From assembly GCA_964106645.2 (NCBI GenBank), contig OZ067045.1: DNA of 64,000 bases; one strand, written 5' to 3'. The notes under the pieces are model-generated. The model did no database searches, had not been told where the DNA came from, and saw nothing but the letters and a program-made list of their open reading frames with translations. This document shows positions 61,684 to 64,000 of this stretch, in pieces; positions within the stretch are counted from its first letter, which is position 1; each line of letters begins with the position of its first letter. The stretch is from Podarcis pityusensis (taxonomy: Eukaryota). The position numbers and the translations under genes are program-made.

Positions 61684-64000
61684 CCCAGTCACAAAGTCTT
61701 TTCCAGCTCCCATTTTCATTCTGCCTTGTGCTAAGTAGCAGCAGTTGTTCAATCTAGTATCCAGCAGGTGTTGCTAAGCACAGAGAGACAAGGATGGATA
61801 AGCAGAGCTTTTAGTGATGCAATTCTCTCTCTGATGCAATCCTTAACAAAGCTGTAGTAAACTCTCCTTCAGTGTATGCTTCTAAAGAGACTTGACAGAG
61901 TTCTGCTTCTGTGCTTCTCTGTCAGCCCCAGCCAGGAAAATTCTCTAGTAGTTTGGAATTGGACAGAAACATGATCACACCAAATAGTGACCTCTGACAT
62001 TTTGCACTGTATTCGTGTAACTGAATGAGATAGTACATTGCATCACTGTCCCAAAATATAAGTCACTAGGGGTGGTAGAAGATTAGGATGCTTACCAGCC
62101 AGTTTTCCTCTCAACCCTCAGGGTGGCACAGGGTGTTTAGTGCCAGTTGAGTGACTAAACTTTGGGTTGGTAAATGAAAGTGGAGAAATCCTGCATTGTT
62201 CTATGATCCACACCAGAATCCTGTGGTGGAATTGCTTTTTTTCTTTTCTTTTTCACTCCTAAACAGTTTTGTTTATTAAGCCACCACCAATTAAGACTAC
62301 CTAGTACAGTCGCTATACACAGCATTTAGGGTAGCCATTAGCCATAAGTGGTTAACAATTCCTCCATACCAAATCCACTGGTCTGGCCTCCTGTGACACA
62401 CAGGCAAATGCAGGTGGGCTAAAATTCAGCCACTAAACAGCATTTTAAAAAACCACAGACTCCCTCGTTCCCTCATTTACCTGCAGACTGCTATGCATCT
62501 GAGCAATAGAAACAGAGATCTTGTAGCATTTGGGGGTTATGTTGGGTTACACAGTTTACTTGGGGGGAAAACACACCTGGTGGTTTCTTCAGCTCAACCC
62601 ATTCCAGGTATTAAGCATGATGCAGAAAAGCACGATGCAATATAAAGATATGCAATAATGCCATACTAAAGCAGCAGCAAATTTTGGGATTTAATGAGGA
62701 AAGTTGTGGATTAAAAGACATAGTTCAAGGCAGAGAACTGGATTTATTTCTGTAGTATGGAAGGAAGAGAGCAAGAACCACAGGATACACTCTGCCTGCA
62801 TACTGCTCATAGTATGCTTGTACAGCTGCTCCTTTGTCAACAGAGATGTTCAGCAATCAGTTGAGCTACTACCTAAGATGAATTTTCCAATAAGTTTTTT
62901 TCCAAGGCGCTAGTGAATTATTTTTATGTTTCAGGATCATTCCTGCCTGTTTTTAAAATGCAGAAAGCCCTAGTCAAGCATTCAATTGTTCATCAATTAC
63001 ACCTGCTACAGAAGTGTTGAAGCAGCTGGGAACACCATGCAGCTGTGTGTATGTACAACATGCCACTAAAAATGCTGTCAGTCAAAATTTTAGTCATTAG
63101 TCAAGTTTTTACAGGAGTTCACTATCATTAGAGGTTCCGCATAGAGGTTTAATTTACAATCGGTATATAAATTTTGTTAGAGAAATAAAATAAAACCACT
63201 GCAATCAACACACAGAAGGCCTGTAGGCAGTTCATAGGTTTTAAAAGCACATCCTAATACATATGTGCACTTTGACAGTCTACTGCATTTATGGCTTGTT
63301 CTTGGTTCCTGTTCAGCTATAGCAAAATCTTTCAACTCTGTATGTCGCCTGTTTCAGTTAGACAGAAGGCAGTTGAGGGTTGTGGCTGTTGATGGGTTAA
63401 AAAAAAAAAGGTCACTTGACTAATCCAATATTGTCAAATAATGGTCAAGTATTTTCAAAGCATTGATATTAAAGAAAGAAGACAGTCATCAACCAATTTC
63501 ATACTCATACTAATTACAACAAAATTAGAAAACTTTTACTTTAAAAAGGGGAATGAATGATTTATTTTTAATACATATTTATTTTGGGTTCTTCTCCAGA
63601 AACTGAGGGCAGTCTGCCCATCCCTCAGTGTGTTCTCACAACAGACCTATGTGTGACTTAACCAAAATCGCCTAATGACTTTCTTGGCTGAGTGAGGATC
63701 TGAATCTGCGTCTTCCTAGTCCTAGTTTGACACTTTACTCATCAATGACTGCTTCTGCTCCTGTTTGGAACTGCCTGTTAAAGAAGGTAGAGTGTGGAAA
63801 GTGTTTTGATGTGGAGTTTGTCACTAGCAAGCAACCCTCGTGCCTGCTCCTGCTAACAAATGATAACCTAATCAAATAAAAAAAAAATGACAAGTTGCCA
63901 TATTCACAATGGTATTCTTCAAATATTTGATAATATGTGACCAGAGTCAAATAACAGGCAATCTTGCAAGCAGAAGGTCCCAGGTTCAATCCCCAATCTC

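Noticed and set aside
1-64000. Most entries in the six-frame ORF track (e.g. 17559-18131, 18758-19324, 22222-22824, 24660-25277, 46052-46669)
   Set aside because: No recognisable domain; they lie in introns, UTRs, repeats or GC-rich stop-poor DNA, or are shadows of real exons.
1-64000. CRISPR array, tRNA, rRNA or snoRNA genes
   Set aside because: No repeat-spacer array. The tRNA-like A/B boxes all belong to SINE heads. I recognised no rRNA or snoRNA by eye; an Rfam/Infernal scan would be needed to exclude them.
60474-64000. OSCP1 exon 1, or the short alternative exon I recall from mammals
   Set aside because: Not found in the window; 63735-63989 has a donor-like site but no OSCP1-like peptide.

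Overview
Vertebrate genomic DNA, almost certainly from a squamate and probably a lacertid lizard, judged by a Podarcis-type Sauria SINE and the CR1/L2/RTE/MITE repeat landscape. It holds the conserved syntenic block EVA1B - STK40 - LSM10 - OSCP1, all on the minus strand. I traced splice sites by hand. EVA1B has 2 coding exons (162 aa). The STK40 pseudokinase has 10 coding exons (433 aa) plus a CpG-island exon 1. LSM10 has one coding exon (123 aa) plus a CpG-island exon 1. OSCP1 exons 2-10 are present and its exon 1 lies beyond the right edge. Every traced intron is GT-AG and the exon phases join correctly. The rest is intron or intergenic DNA with many transposon remnants, including a Penelope-like GIY-YIG fragment. 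There is no prokaryote-type system such as CRISPR or an operon. The most interesting signal is the STK40 leader. Its exon 1 has three AUGs: a strong-context one opening a spliced 115-codon ORF that overlaps STK40 exons 2-3 out of frame, and two in-frame ones giving N-terminal extensions. The promoter has back-to-back YY1/Kozak motifs and may be bidirectional, and the 3'UTR has paired miR-31 8-mer sites. Comparisons to human proteins are from memory, not from a database search.
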